A DNA stretch of 64,000 nt from an uncultured delta proteobacterium (GCA_963816395.1 CAWFKQ010000016.1:128001-192000), one strand, 5' to 3'. Positions 43,082 to 54,836 are shown, counted from the first letter of the stretch. The notes: generated from the sequence alone by a model not told the origin. Program-made: numbers and translations.

Positions 43082-43525
43082 ATGACCAGAGAGGAAACAA
43101 AAAAAGCCATCGAAGAATACTTAAAGGACTATAGCACCGGGGATTTCCGGATGGCCATCGACAAACACTACACGGTTGATGCTGTTTTTGAGAACACCAG
43201 GGTCAGGATAGAAGGAAAAGATAAGATCATCGACTGGTTCACCCGCAGCCACGCGCTCGGCTACACGGAGAGTGTCGTTCCGGTCACCATCCTGATCGGC
43301 GAAGATTCTGTCGCCGTCGAACTCGATCAGGAATTCACTGCGTTTGAAGATGTCCCAAACCACTATGTTTCAGCTCTAGCGAAGGGAGACACCATAAAAA
43401 CGAGCGGTCTCGCTGCCTTGTACAAGATGAAAGACGGCAAAATCCGGTCTGTCAGGGTGTACTGTACCCTGAACCAGTATAACCCGCAGGTCTTCGGTGG
43501 TACGGAAACAACTGAATGGAGCTGA
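43082..43525 (+). CDS. NTF2/SnoaL-like protein
   Basis: YTVDAVF, GKDKIIDW, SHALGYTE, ELDQEF, YKMKDGKI. Confidence 0.8.
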   Translation: MTREETKKAIEEYLKDYSTGDFRMAIDKHYTVDAVFENTRVRIEGKDKIIDWFTRSHALGYTESVVPVTILIGEDSVAVELDQEFTAFEDVPNHYVSALAKGDTIKTSGLAALYKMKDGKIRSVRVYCTLNQYNPQVFGGTETTEWS

Positions 43526-43853
43526 CCACCGATCTTGACCACGAGCGACATTTGTCCCGCCGCGCCGAGTTGTTTCCGCGATTCCCGCAGCCAGCCAGGC
43601 AACAGCCCGGATCTTTCGACGGTACGGACCTGCGAAGATGGCCGAACTGCCGCGGTCTTCTTCATTACGCTTCCCTTTCCTGTCAGTGACGATGCTCGCT
43701 GACAAAAAGGCCGAGCTAGCATGACCATATGCTGACGTTCGGTGAGTACTTCGAGTGAATCGGGGCGCGGGAGATCAGAGAGCGGGATAAGCAGTTTGTC
43801 GCGGAAGAGGAGACGGACGGGAAGAGGTAAATCGCCCCAGAGGAAGTAGGACT

Positions 43854-44114
43854 ATGGAGATTGAATTAGCGAAAGCGATCCTTAAGGCGTGCGAACAGAA
43901 TGGCGTCAGCGCCGAGTTGCAGGAAAATTATTCGGCTTCCTGGATGCGTGGGCGGAAGACTACCGGGGTCGTCGTGCTCAATGGCGATCTGGGGCAGGTG
44001 CTAACAGCGGTTATTGCCAACCCCCAATTCTTCATCGAAGGTCAATCGCCGAAGTTTGCCATTAAGGAAAATCTTCGCATTAGTACGTTTCGTCTGAGCT
44101 TGATCCTTTACTGA
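43854..44114 (+). CDS. Small hypothetical protein
   Basis: 86 aa with an RBS-like AGGA; no recognised family. Confidence 0.55.
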   Translation: MEIELAKAILKACEQNGVSAELQENYSASWMRGRKTTGVVVLNGDLGQVLTAVIANPQFFIEGQSPKFAIKENLRISTFRLSLILY

Positions 44115-44355
44115 GCCGTCCTCCTTCCGTACCGAGGGGACCGAAATAGTAGAGAGGCTCCGGCTGATGTCCAGAAAGTCGATTGCCCTGTCGGAGCAAT
44201 CGGGTGTCGTAGAAAGACCGTACTTTCCCCGATATGTGAGCCCACCGCAAGTGCTGCAAAACCATTCCCATTCCTGTCCAGAAAGGGTATTCTGAGGCCT
44301 CCGAGGCCATTCCCGGGAGGGCGAGTGCCGGATCGCCTACACCCGCGCACACGCC

Positions 44356-44460
44356 AGCCTCTCCGAGTTCGTGGAGACGTGAAAATCGTCCGGTGGTGCC
44401 GAGCGTGCCAACGAAAAGCTGTTCCTGTCCGAGCTGTGCGACCAGCTCGGGCGTCCCCCG
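44356..44460 (+). pseudogene. Fragment of an MmeI-like type IIL/IIG restriction-methylase N-terminus
   Basis: SLSEFVET*KSSGGAERANEKLFLSELCDQLG matches F..RW...GG.ERANYQLFL.ELC.LLG; Trp codon appears as TGA at 44380. Confidence 0.6.
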
Positions 44461-44472
44461 CCAAGAGGATGA

Positions 44473-44904
44473 ATGCAAATGCACTGGACCGTATTCGCAA
44501 CGGGCGCGGCGGTGGCGATGGCTTCCGCCGATCTCTGCATCAAACTCGCTGCCGGTAAGCTGCCGAACAGTCTCGGGCTTCTGATCTACGGGAGCTGCAC
44601 CTTCCTGGCCGGACTCACCTGGGTCCTGTGGCAACGCTTTCAGGGTGTGGAGTTTCAGGTGCAACCGCAGGGATTGTGGGCGGCGGTGGGTGTAGGGCTG
44701 TCGTTCAGCCTGGTGACGGCGGGCCTCTACTTCACCTTCGGCGCCGGGGCGCCGGTCAGCCTGGCCTCGCCCATGGTGCGGCTCGGGGGACTGATCCTCG
44801 CCAGCCTGATTGGGATCACCGCCTTCGGTGAACCCTTCACCTGGCGAATGGGGTTGGGGGCACTGATGTGCGGCGGTGGCGTATACCTCGTCGTCACCCG
44901 GTAA
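44473..44904 (+). CDS. Small DMT/EamA-like membrane protein
   Basis: Five hydrophobic helices; GAPVS, FGEPFTWR..G..L..GG.YL. Confidence 0.75.
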   Translation: MQMHWTVFATGAAVAMASADLCIKLAAGKLPNSLGLLIYGSCTFLAGLTWVLWQRFQGVEFQVQPQGLWAAVGVGLSFSLVTAGLYFTFGAGAPVSLASPMVRLGGLILASLIGITAFGEPFTWRMGLGALMCGGGVYLVVTR

Positions 44905-44995
44905 GGGGCCGCTCCGGCCGCGGGATGTCGCGTTGCCGGCAGAACTCCGAAGTTCCGAAACTGATAGCCCTACCTGCGCCAGCACCCGATGTTGT

Positions 44996-46037
44996 TCAGT
45001 CCCTTTTTTCCATGGAATCGAAAAGGTAAAACAGGCAGTCGCTTATGGCGATGGAGCTAACCGTGGTTGCCATGGACAGGCGCAGCGGAACGGCCGTCCG
45101 CAGATTACCGTCGGAAACAAGAAAGTAATCGCCTGGCCGCTTCGGCCCGCCGGGGCCATTCACCTCCAGAGCCTCCAGTCCCCCCGTAGCCACCCACCCC
45201 AGAGGTTCCCCTGCGGGCAATGGCCGCAGATTGAACGATTCGATATCCTGGCGCAGGGTAAGATCGACTCCTGGAACAGCTTTGAAAGAAAAGGCGAGCT
45301 GACGTCCCTCCCGGAGTTCCACCCGCAGGGGATTCTCCAGAATTTCCAGGGGCACTGCTCCATTGTCCGAAGCGCAGGGAGCGGCTGCCGCGGCAAAGCG
45401 TTCCAGCCCCTGCATGGCCACCTCCGAGGAGCCTGGATCCAGAGCGCCGCCGCATTCGATGGTCACCGCAGGGAATTCCGTTTCGCCCAACTCCATCAGG
45501 GTGCCCATACGCAGATCACTAACCACCAGCCGATTGGTAAACAGAGACGCCAACGTTTGATGTTGTAGATCCCGCACGACGGTTACGGCAAATGAGGGGC
45601 TCGATCCGGAAGTATTATGGATATCCACCAGGCACTCCGGTTGGGCGTCATGCAGCAGTTCCAGAAATTTTTCAGCCAGGATTCCCTCTGCCCCCGCAAA
45701 GGGGGAGCCAAAGCAGCGATTCAGGTCACGTCGACCCGGAAGGGCCCGGTGCGAAAACGCCGGCTCCCGGAGGGCGGCTTCCACCGCGCCCACCATACAG
45801 ACCAGATCGACGGCCGGGCGGTTCCGGCCCCGGAGATACCTGTGCAGGGCCCGGATTCCCGAAGGCTCATTGCCATGCAGCAGGGTCGCCACGGCTCTCG
45901 TTCGGGAGCGGTCTTCTCCGGCAATGCGAATCCAGGTCGGGCCCGCCGAGCCGGCGCAGAAACTCCGTGGCCGTCGCGCCGACCTCCTCGGCCGCGGGGG
46001 CCTCCCAGATCTTTATCTGCGGTGCGATTACCATCAT
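44996..46037 (-). CDS. Succinylglutamate desuccinylase/aspartoacylase (M14) family protein (frameshifts near 45900)
   Basis: LLHGNEPSG, DLNRCF, DIHNT, TIECG. Confidence 0.85.
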
Positions 46038-47517
46038 CACGGCCCTTCCCTCCACTGTGTGACGGGCATCCCTGTCCTCGAGTTTTTAATATAAACCTGC
46101 AGCATCGCCGCCAGGGCCTCATCCCGTGCAAGGTCCTTTTCCAGGCGCTGCAGAAGGCGCTGCTGCCACCGGGCCGGCGTTATCCCCCCTTCCAGACGAT
46201 CCCTGACGAGTCCCAGGAATTTCCGGCTGTCGCTATCCGCAACGCCCAAGGATGCCAGTCCCTCTTCGGCGAGGGGAAGAAGTTCGCCGAGGACATCGCT
46301 CACCGGCCTCTCTTCGGGGGGAGAAAAGGACGAGGCGGGCCAGAGGAGGGTGGCCGCCATGCCATGCTTTGCCGCCCGGTAAAAGTTCCGCTCGGCGCAC
46401 CAGAAGGGAAAAGCGGGCAAAATCCGGTCGATCTTCCGGCGAAGTCCGGCAGCGGCACCGATCAGAAAAGCCGCCCCGGCAACCATGTCCGCCGGGGTCG
46501 GCCCCGAGGGAAGAGCCCGCAGTTCGATGCGCAGATGGCCACCCTCTCGAGGATCGTAGACCGGGCGATTCCATTGCCAGACCGAACTCAGGTGCAGGGA
46601 GAGCTCACTCAGCGCAGGAACATCGCCGTCGCTTTGCCCGGATGATCGTTTCAACCACGGGAAGCAGTGGGGGAAACAGAGCCACTGCCTCGGAAAAGAG
46701 TTCCATGGCCCCCTTGCGTACCCACCCGGTGCCGAAAAGAACCCGGGCGGGGTGCCGCCGCCTCTCCTCCTCGGTGCCACGGGTGTCCACCGCCTGCTTG
46801 AAAAGAACCACCCGCGTTTCTTCCCACAGCCGATGTCCGGAGAAAGAAAGGGGAATTGCCGCAGATCGCCAGAACCGGAGCGGTCGCCAACTGGGCGGCA
46901 TTGAACAGGGCGGCGTATTCGGCAGGGGGAACGCGCCAGTGCACCTGGAAGGAGTTGTTCGCTCCTTCCATGGTCACGTCGGTGCAGGAAGCACTCAGGG
47001 GCTCCGGTCCATCAATGCGGATCAGAAAAGGACATCCCCGCATCTTCCGGAGGACCGCGGAAAGAGCCCGGTAACGGGGGTTATCGGTCATGGCCGCGGT
47101 CTGCAGGTCCTCCTCCCGCAGGGTGGGCAGAATGCCTATCGAGACAACATCCCCGCCATGCACCGCCGCGGACTTTTCCATGACGGCCAGCGCCCGGCGC
47201 AGATTCTCCTCCAGAGCAGAAAAGGGACGCCCGGAAAAAGGCACATGGTCAAGATTGAATTCGAGATTGAAGCAATCGATTTCCGCCTGCATGCCCGGAT
47301 GGGCATCTTTGCCCAGGAGGCGGTCACAGAGCAGGATGGGGCGCCCCTGGGCATCCACCGTGGAGACTTCGAGTTCGGCCCCCAACGTGGCTTCTCCTTC
47401 GCCAAAACCGGGCCGGGCCAGCACACCCTCCAACGCGGCGAGATTCTCCCGCAGACGTTCGGAGAAGCGCCGAAAGTCGTCCTCGGAAAAATTTTCCCTG
47501 TCGATCTGAAGCCCCAC
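46037..47517 (-). CDS. Glutamate-cysteine ligase (GCS2) family protein (frameshifts near 46640 and 46840)
   Basis: LGAELE, NLEFN, GILPT, SFQVH, NSPF, WNRPVYDP..GGHLRIELRALPSGPT..D. Confidence 0.85.
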
Positions 47518-47644
47518 GGATGCCTCCGACGTGCTGGGTTGTGGAAGGGAAACTTCGTTTTCGTGTCCCGTTTGTTCCGTCTTCGCGTGAGTTTGATTTT
47601 ATCACGACGCAGGGGCGAGACCGGAAGCGCCCAATGGCAACTGC

Positions 47645-47670
47645 GAGAATAGCAGAGAGGTTAACCCGAC
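47645..47670 (+). repeat. Y1-transposase 3'-end motif, orphan copy
   Basis: GAGAATAGCAGAGAGGTTAACCCGAC; compare 49814-49840 and 55116-55136. Confidence 0.6.
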
Positions 47671-47980
47671 TTTCCCCACGCACGGAAAGTGGGTGGACAG
47701 ATCGTCTATACTGTGCCGACTGCTGTTTATGTTGGTCAGAAGTGCTGAACAGGTGCATTCAGCAACTTGCCGCGCTCGGAATCCTTCCCCTCAGCCTCGG
47801 TGACGCGACTTTTCCGACACGGGAAAGGAGCCAGATTCATCCTCCATTTTTCTTGGAAGACCACCTGGGGCGTGGTAGCTTGAGCGAGCTTTTTCGGATG
47901 GAGGCAACGTTGCGCTTGGGTTCGTATCCGTGGTGCTCACCCGGCCCGTCACCAGATAGCCATATCCGCCTGTAACAACA

Positions 47981-48613
47981 ATGTCCATCTCTCCGTCACT
48001 ATCCCACACCCTCGCCAGCAGCTTCTCCGTCCTTGAACTCTTCGTGATACCGGTCGGCGGCGGCATCCCGGCCGGGGTGCTCCTGGCAAGAAGCCAGGGG
48101 CTGGCCTGGCCGGTGATGGCAGCTCTCTACCTGATTTCGGACGTGCTCCTCGCCCTGGCCTTCGAACCGCTCCTGCGCCTGGGGAGTCGCTGGGGGAACA
48201 AGAGCCGCCTGGGCGCACGCATCGGCGCAGCCTTCAAAATGGCCACCGCGCGCAGCGTCGCTCACTTCAACGGAACCGGCGCCGGGCCGCTGGCTCTGGT
48301 CATGATTGCCTTTGGCGTTGACCCGATGACCGGCCGCGCCTCGGCCCTCGCCGCGGGGCACGGCTTCGTCGGCGGCTGGGCCATCGCCATTGCCGGGGAC
48401 ATGCTCTATTTCGGCGTGATCGCCGTCTCCACCCTGCGTCTGAACGCGTATATTCAAGACCCCAACACGACGATGCTGATCATTCTCGCGGTAATGTTCC
48501 TGATGCCGATGGTGGTTCGCGCCGTTTCGTGCGCCGCGCGCGGGGTGAAGAGGGGGGCTTTTTCGCAGGGGAGGATTTATACGAACCGGGGCAGCGGTCT
48601 CGTGGGTGGTTGA
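47981..48613 (+). CDS. Hypothetical membrane protein
   Basis: Several hydrophobic helices; IPVGGGIPAGVLLA and FGVDPMTG segments. Confidence 0.7.
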   Translation: MSISPSLSHTLASSFSVLELFVIPVGGGIPAGVLLARSQGLAWPVMAALYLISDVLLALAFEPLLRLGSRWGNKSRLGARIGAAFKMATARSVAHFNGTGAGPLALVMIAFGVDPMTGRASALAAGHGFVGGWAIAIAGDMLYFGVIAVSTLRLNAYIQDPNTTMLIILAVMFLMPMVVRAVSCAARGVKRGAFSQGRIYTNRGSGLVGG

Positions 48614-48686
48614 AGGTTAAGAACCGGGCGTATCATCGGGAAATTGTGGCCACTTGTCTGATGGGAAATTTAGGAGCACGTGGGCG

Positions 48687-49858
48687 ATGAAGATCTGCCT
48701 GATCGAACCTTTCCATGCCGGCTCCCATGCCTGCCTGGGCCGAAGAGTACGCCCGCTGCAGCCGGCACGATGTCGAGCTGCTGACCCTGAGCGGGCGGCA
48801 CTGGAAGTGGCGCATGCATGGTGGAGCGGTGACCCTGGCGCGGCAGTTCCTGGCCAGCGGCTGCGATCCTGACCTGCTTCTCGTCAGCGACATGCTCGAT
48901 CTGACCACCTTTCTCGCCCTGACCCGGGAAAAAACGTCCGGTCTGCCGACGGCCCTCTATTTCCACGAAAACCAGCTCACCTACCCCTGGTCGCCGGGCG
49001 ATGCCGACCCGGTCCGGCAGCGCGATGCCCACTATGCGTTCATCAATTACACCAGCGCCCTGGCGGCCGACGCCGTGCTGTTCAACTCCCGCTATCATCT
49101 CGAGGCCTTCGCCGGGGAATTGCCGGCCTTTCTCAAGAGCTTCCCCGATCAGAACGAGCTCGGGAGCCTGGCGCTGCTGGCGGCAAAAAGCGCGGTGCTG
49201 CCGTTGGCACTCGATCTGCGGCGTCTCGACCAATACCGGCCGGAACAGCCGAAGGCCGCGACAGCACCGCCGCTGATCCTCTGGAATCACCGCTGGGAGT
49301 ACGACAAGGATCCCGAGGAGTTCTTCGCAGCGCTCTTTCGCCTGCAGGAGGAAGGTCTCCCCTTCGAAGTGGCGATCCTCGGCGAATCGTACCGCCAGTT
49401 CCCGCCGATCTTCGCCGAAGCGCAGCAGCGGCTCGGTAGAGCGGATCGTCCAGTTCGGTTATGCCCGGGATTTCGCCGAATATGCCCGCTGGCTCTGGCG
49501 GGCCGACATCCTGCCGGTCACCTCCCGCCACGACTTCTTCGGGGCCAGCGTCGTGCAGGCGATCTACTGCCACTGCACGCCCCTGCTGCCGCGCCGGCTC
49601 GCCTACCCCGAGCACCTGCCGGAATCGCTGCAGGACCGTTTCCTCTATGACGGCTTCGACGACCTGCTGAGCCAGCTGCGCGAGATGCTCAGAAATCCGC
49701 CCCGGGAGACGGGGGAACTGCGCGGCCATGTCGCCCGCTATGACTGGGGGAAGCTGGCAGGGCGCTATGATGATCTCTTTGGAGTACTCGGTGTTGAGGG
49801 CGAGAGAATGCGTGAGAATAGCAGAAAGGCAAGCCTGACCGTACGCAGTAACAGTTGA
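48687..49858 (+). CDS. DUF3524/GTDC1-like GT-B glycosyltransferase (frameshifts near 48730 and 49440)
   Basis: IEPFHAGSH, HWKWRMHG, YFHENQL.YP, FNS.YH, WNHRWEYDK.PE.FF, HDFFG, RLAYPE. The 3' end runs into the intron. Confidence 0.85.
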
Positions 49859-51752
49859 ATATCTAACGGGTTTAAGTCCCGTCCGAGGAGTTGTCCGTTC
49901 GCCTCGGTAGCTCAAGGGAGCGGCGCTCTGGCAACAGGGGGTCGTAAGTTCCCAATTGGCAAAGCAACAGGCCGTAACGCAAGTGAACCTAGACGTAGCC
50001 TCGTAATTGTGATGAAGATGCCGACCCTGTGGTCAGAAGGGGAAGGCCGTCGTTACAGACTCTGAAAACGGAAACAGTCTGTGTAATCTTCCGGGGTAGC
50101 AGGGGCGGCATGTTGTGGAAGATATTTCAGCCCAGTGCTGGAGACCCGTTGCGGCGATGTTGAGGAACATCAACCGGCGCGTATAAGGCAACGAAATCGC
50201 GTTGGGCCGTATCGGGAGTCGGAGGGGTCCATAGTACCGTTTGAGGAGCTGGGACAACATAACCCGCTTCGAGGGAAGGGACCCTGCTTTGTTCACGCAA
50301 CCGAAGTGCAGAGGAGATGGGGATTGCAGCGATGCTAACAACCCCGGAAACAATCAGGACGCTACAGAGGAAGCTCTATCGCCAGGCCAAGCAGGAGCCG
50401 GCCTGCCGCTTCCACGCCTTGTACGACAAGGTCTACCGGGCTGATATCCTCAGTCACGCCTATGCCCTTGTCCGCGCCAAGAAGGGTAGCGCCGGCATTG
50501 ACGGCGTCACCTTCGAAGTCATCGAGGCAAACGAAGGGGTCACCGCATTCATTGCGGAGCTGGAAGAAGCACTGAGAAACAAGACGTACAAACCCGATCC
50601 CGTCAAACGGGTCATGATACCAAAGAGCGACGGCAGTCAACGTCCTCTCGGTATTCCGACTATCCGGGACCGGGTGGCGCAGATGGCCACAAAGTTGGTC
50701 ATCGAGCCGATCTTCGAAGCGGATTTCTGCAAAACATCCTACGGATTCAGACCGAGGAAGTCAGCCCATGACGCAGTCGATGATGTTTCCAAGGCCATGA
50801 ACACCGGCTACACCGAAGTCATCGATGCCGATCTTTCTAAATACTTCGACACCATTCCTCACGCCAATCTCATGACCGTGGTCGCCGAACGCATCTGCGA
50901 CGGCGCGATCCTGCACTTGATCCAGATGTGGCTCAAGGCGCCGGTTATGGAGGAGGACAAGGACGGGACGAAGCGGAATATCGGCGGCGGCAAGGGTAAC
51001 TGCAGAGGGACGCCGCAGGGCGGGGTCATCTCACCGTTGCTGTCCAATCTCTACCTGCACCTACTGGACAGGATATGGGAGCGGAAGAACCTGCAACAAC
51101 GGCTGGGCGCCCGCATCGTCAGATATGCGGACGATATTGTCATTCTCTGCCGGCGAAGTAAGTCCGAGCAGGCCATGGCGGTTTTGCGGCAAATACTGGA
51201 GCGATTGGAACTAACCCTGAACGAGGCAAAGACCAAAATAGTCAATGCTTACAAGGGACAGTTCGACTTTCTCGGATTCACGATGTGGATGGGAAAAAGC
51301 AGAAGGACGGGCAATTACTACTCGCACGTCCAGCCGTCGAAAAAGTCCCTGAAGGCGATCGCGGGCCGCGTAACTGAACTCACAAAGAGAGTGAAAGCGC
51401 CCGTGCCGATTGAGAGGATTGTGAAGGAAGTAAATGCAGCCGTTCGCGGTTGGGTCGGTTACTTTCATTTCAAAAATTGTAGCAAGACGCTATCTCATGT
51501 GCGACAGCACGTGGAAGAGCGGCTACGAACACACCTTCGCAAGCGGCACAAGATCAAAGGCAGGGGGGCCGGGTTTGCCCGGTTCGGCAGCCAAATCCTC
51601 TACGAGAATTACGGGTTGTATAAGGTGCCGACAACAGCGGGTTGGACAAGGGCGCATGCCCTGCGGTGAAGAACATCGGAAAGCCGTGTGCGGGAGAACC
51701 GCATGCACGGTTTGATGAGGGGGGGCAGGGTGACACCTGTTCTCTACTCTAC
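49841..51752 (+). mobile_element. Complete group II intron (AGC catalytic triad, not class C; protein lacks an endonuclease domain)
   Basis: 5' GTACG; EBS1 GGTCAG (50031-50036) complementary to exon IBS1 CTGACC (49835-49840); domain V AAGCCGTGTGCGGGAGAACCGCATGCACGGTTT (51681-51713); domain VI with bulged A 51746 and terminal AC. Confidence 0.9.
50317..51669 (+). CDS. ltrA: Group II intron reverse transcriptase/maturase
   Basis: GIDG, RPLGIPTIRDRVAQ, SYGFRP, GTPQGGVISPLLSN, RYADD, FDFLGF, RGWVGYF; no HNH domain. Confidence 0.95.
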   Translation: MGIAAMLTTPETIRTLQRKLYRQAKQEPACRFHALYDKVYRADILSHAYALVRAKKGSAGIDGVTFEVIEANEGVTAFIAELEEALRNKTYKPDPVKRVMIPKSDGSQRPLGIPTIRDRVAQMATKLVIEPIFEADFCKTSYGFRPRKSAHDAVDDVSKAMNTGYTEVIDADLSKYFDTIPHANLMTVVAERICDGAILHLIQMWLKAPVMEEDKDGTKRNIGGGKGNCRGTPQGGVISPLLSNLYLHLLDRIWERKNLQQRLGARIVRYADDIVILCRRSKSEQAMAVLRQILERLELTLNEAKTKIVNAYKGQFDFLGFTMWMGKSRRTGNYYSHVQPSKKSLKAIAGRVTELTKRVKAPVPIERIVKEVNAAVRGWVGYFHFKNCSKTLSHVRQHVEERLRTHLRKRHKIKGRGAGFARFGSQILYENYGLYKVPTTAGWTRAHALR

Positions 51753-51861
51753 CGGCGAATTGCCCCGGATACAGAGAAATGTTGTCCATCTTGAACGAGG
51801 TGCATGGGGGGGTAAACAGCGGGAAAAAGCAAGAGTAAAGACTTGACCCCGTAAGGTTCCG

Positions 51862-53025
<1,164 letters not shown>

Positions 53026-53135
53026 GGGCAAAGCCGGTCGGCTGCCAAGGTCACATACGGCGCCCACAAGGCGAGAATCCAAGCTCTGGCCTTCGCCTGT
53101 AAGTTGTCCCCAGGAGCAAGGGGATGCAGGGCCAC

Positions 53136-53187
53136 TTCCGGGGACACCATACTAATCACTGGTGAACTGAGTATGGTGGTCCCAGAA
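53136..53187. repeat. REP-like palindrome
   Basis: GGGACACCATACT-16 nt-AGTATGGTGGTCCC. Confidence 0.75.
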
Positions 53188-53294
53188 TTCAGGCCATATT
53201 TCTTAACCGCAAACTGGGGAGTGTCCCTATTTTTCCCTTCCGCCTCTCCCGCTGCTCGGGGTACCGCTGGATGTGCTGACAGAAGGCTGAGGGG

Positions 53295-53362
53295 CGGGAT
53301 CTAATCAGGGACGCTTCCCGTATTTAGCCGGATGGGAAGTGTCCCTCATTTTCCCTGACCCC
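53295..53362. repeat. Palindromic ~61-bp direct repeat, copy 1, followed by TGACCCC
   Basis: CGGGATCTAATCAGGGACGCTTCCCGTATTTAGCCGGATGGGAAGTGTCCCTCATTTTCCC; a half copy lies at 53216-53237. Confidence 0.85.
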
Positions 53363-53403
53363 TTTTACCCCTGGACTCTCCCACGGACCCCGGCCGCAAC
53401 CAG

Positions 53404-53853
53404 TCAGGGGCGTTTCCCCTCATCCTTGATGACGATCGGCTCCCCTTCGGCCCCGGTGTAGAAGACTGCCAGTCTAACCGGCTCCGTGCCTCTGTTGATG
53501 CCGTTGTGCAGGGTGTCGACGACCTCGATGATTGCCTCGCCCGCTCCGAACGAGAGTTGTCTCCCGTCTTCGAGTTCAACCGACAGGTTGCCAGAGATGA
53601 CGTACGCATAAACCGGCACCGGGTGTTTATGCCAGCCGGTTTCCGCCCCCGGCGCAAGATCGACCGCCATGGCCGTCACCTCGGGTCGGTCGGTTGCGGG
53701 GTAGGCGATCTTCTGCCCGTTACTGGTGACGGTCGTCTTCTTCAGCACCCGGGCGGTGACGCCGGCGTCGTAGTCGGCGGCGAACGAGGGGGAGATGGAG
53801 AGCGACAGCCCTAAGGCGAGAACAGCGGCGATTCGTTGCGGGGATGCGGTCAT
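53404..53853 (-). CDS. Secreted cupin-domain protein
   Basis: Signal peptide ending FA-A; PGAETGWHKHP..YAYVISG, E...HNG.N. Confidence 0.88.
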   Translation of the reverse strand: MTASPQRIAAVLALGLSLSISPSFAADYDAGVTARVLKKTTVTSNGQKIAYPATDRPEVTAMAVDLAPGAETGWHKHPVPVYAYVISGNLSVELEDGRQLSFGAGEAIIEVVDTLHNGINRGTEPVRLAVFYTGAEGEPIVIKDEGKRP

Positions 53854-53998
53854 GGCACCGCTCCTTTGTAATGGCCGGCCGGACCGGCGTCAGATGCGGT
53901 AAACCTATGCAGCGAAACAAGAACTTGTCAAGGCGAGTCGCCAGAATTGAGTACCGGCCCCCCGGAGATTCCTCGGGCAGCCGCTATCACCGGTACGA

Positions 53999-54063
53999 CG
54001 GGATCTAATAAGGGACGCTTCCTGTATTTAGCCGAAAATATGGGAAGTGTCCCTCATTTTCCC
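53999..54063. repeat. Palindromic ~65-bp direct repeat, copy 2
   Basis: CGGGATCTAATAAGGGACGCTTCCTGTATTTAGCCGAAAATATGGGAAGTGTCCCTCATTTTCCC. Confidence 0.85.
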
Positions 54064-54096
54064 GGGTTTCTTCAGTGGCGAGCGACCGAATCGCCG

Positions 54097-54549
54097 CTAT
54101 TTCGGCGCCAGCCCCTTTTCCCGTAGCTCGGCGAGGGCCTCCTCGCTCTTCCCGAGTTTCAGCCCCATCCCGGTCAACACCTCTTTGGTCTTGGTGAATT
54201 GGACGCCGTCGTACTGGACGACCTGCACATGGTTTCCCCAGGGGTCGAGAAAGTCGAGGCCGGGGCCGGGAAGGATGCGGACGCCGAGCCGTTCGATGGC
54301 GCTGCGCACTGCCTCCCGGTCGTCGACCACCAAACCGAAGTGGCGGGCCGTATCGGGAGGCTGGCTGCGTCCTTCGCTGAGATTGATGAACTGGTCGCCG
54401 ATATCGATGAAGGCCATTCCCGGATGGCGGCCACGCAGCTTCAGGTCGAAGATTTCCCCGTAGAAACGAAGCGCTTCTTCAACGTCTCCGACCTCCAAAG
54501 CGACGTGGTTGATGCCGACGAGGTGCGGCTTGCGATTGATGTCGGTCAT
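54097..54549 (-). CDS. VOC/glyoxalase family protein
   Basis: GINHVALEV.D.EEAL.FY, HFGLVV, FLDPWGN. Confidence 0.88.
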   Translation of the reverse strand: MTDINRKPHLVGINHVALEVGDVEEALRFYGEIFDLKLRGRHPGMAFIDIGDQFINLSEGRSQPPDTARHFGLVVDDREAVRSAIERLGVRILPGPGLDFLDPWGNHVQVVQYDGVQFTKTKEVLTGMGLKLGKSEEALAELREKGLAPK

Positions 54550-54836
54550 AGGCGAATCCTCCTCTTCGGGAGCCCGTCTTCTCTCCCTTTTTGACCATAA
54601 CGCCGACATGGTAGAAGTCAAAGGCCGGTTAATTCTGCAGACCCGAACTCCTTTAGGTCTTGCATGTCGTGATCAATAAGACATCCTCTGGTTAGCCCGG
54701 GGTTGTATATTTTACCGGGAGAATATCCCTCTCCGGTGCAACGCCTTATTGAGCGACTGAATGCTTAGTGTCCCCCGAATTCGACGCTTTTCACAGGCAG
54801 CGGGTTATGGCCGCGATTTTGCCATCAAAATTCGAC

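Noticed and set aside
50317..51669. Reverse transcriptase as a retron, DGR or defence RT
   Set aside because: It has a maturase domain, domain V/VI RNA structure and EBS1-IBS1 pairing, so it is a group II intron.
53136..54781. CRISPR array or integron attC sites
   Set aside because: Repeats are separated by whole genes rather than 30-40 nt spacers, there is no cas or intI gene in the window, and I see no RYYYAAC/GTTRRRY core sites bounding the hairpins.
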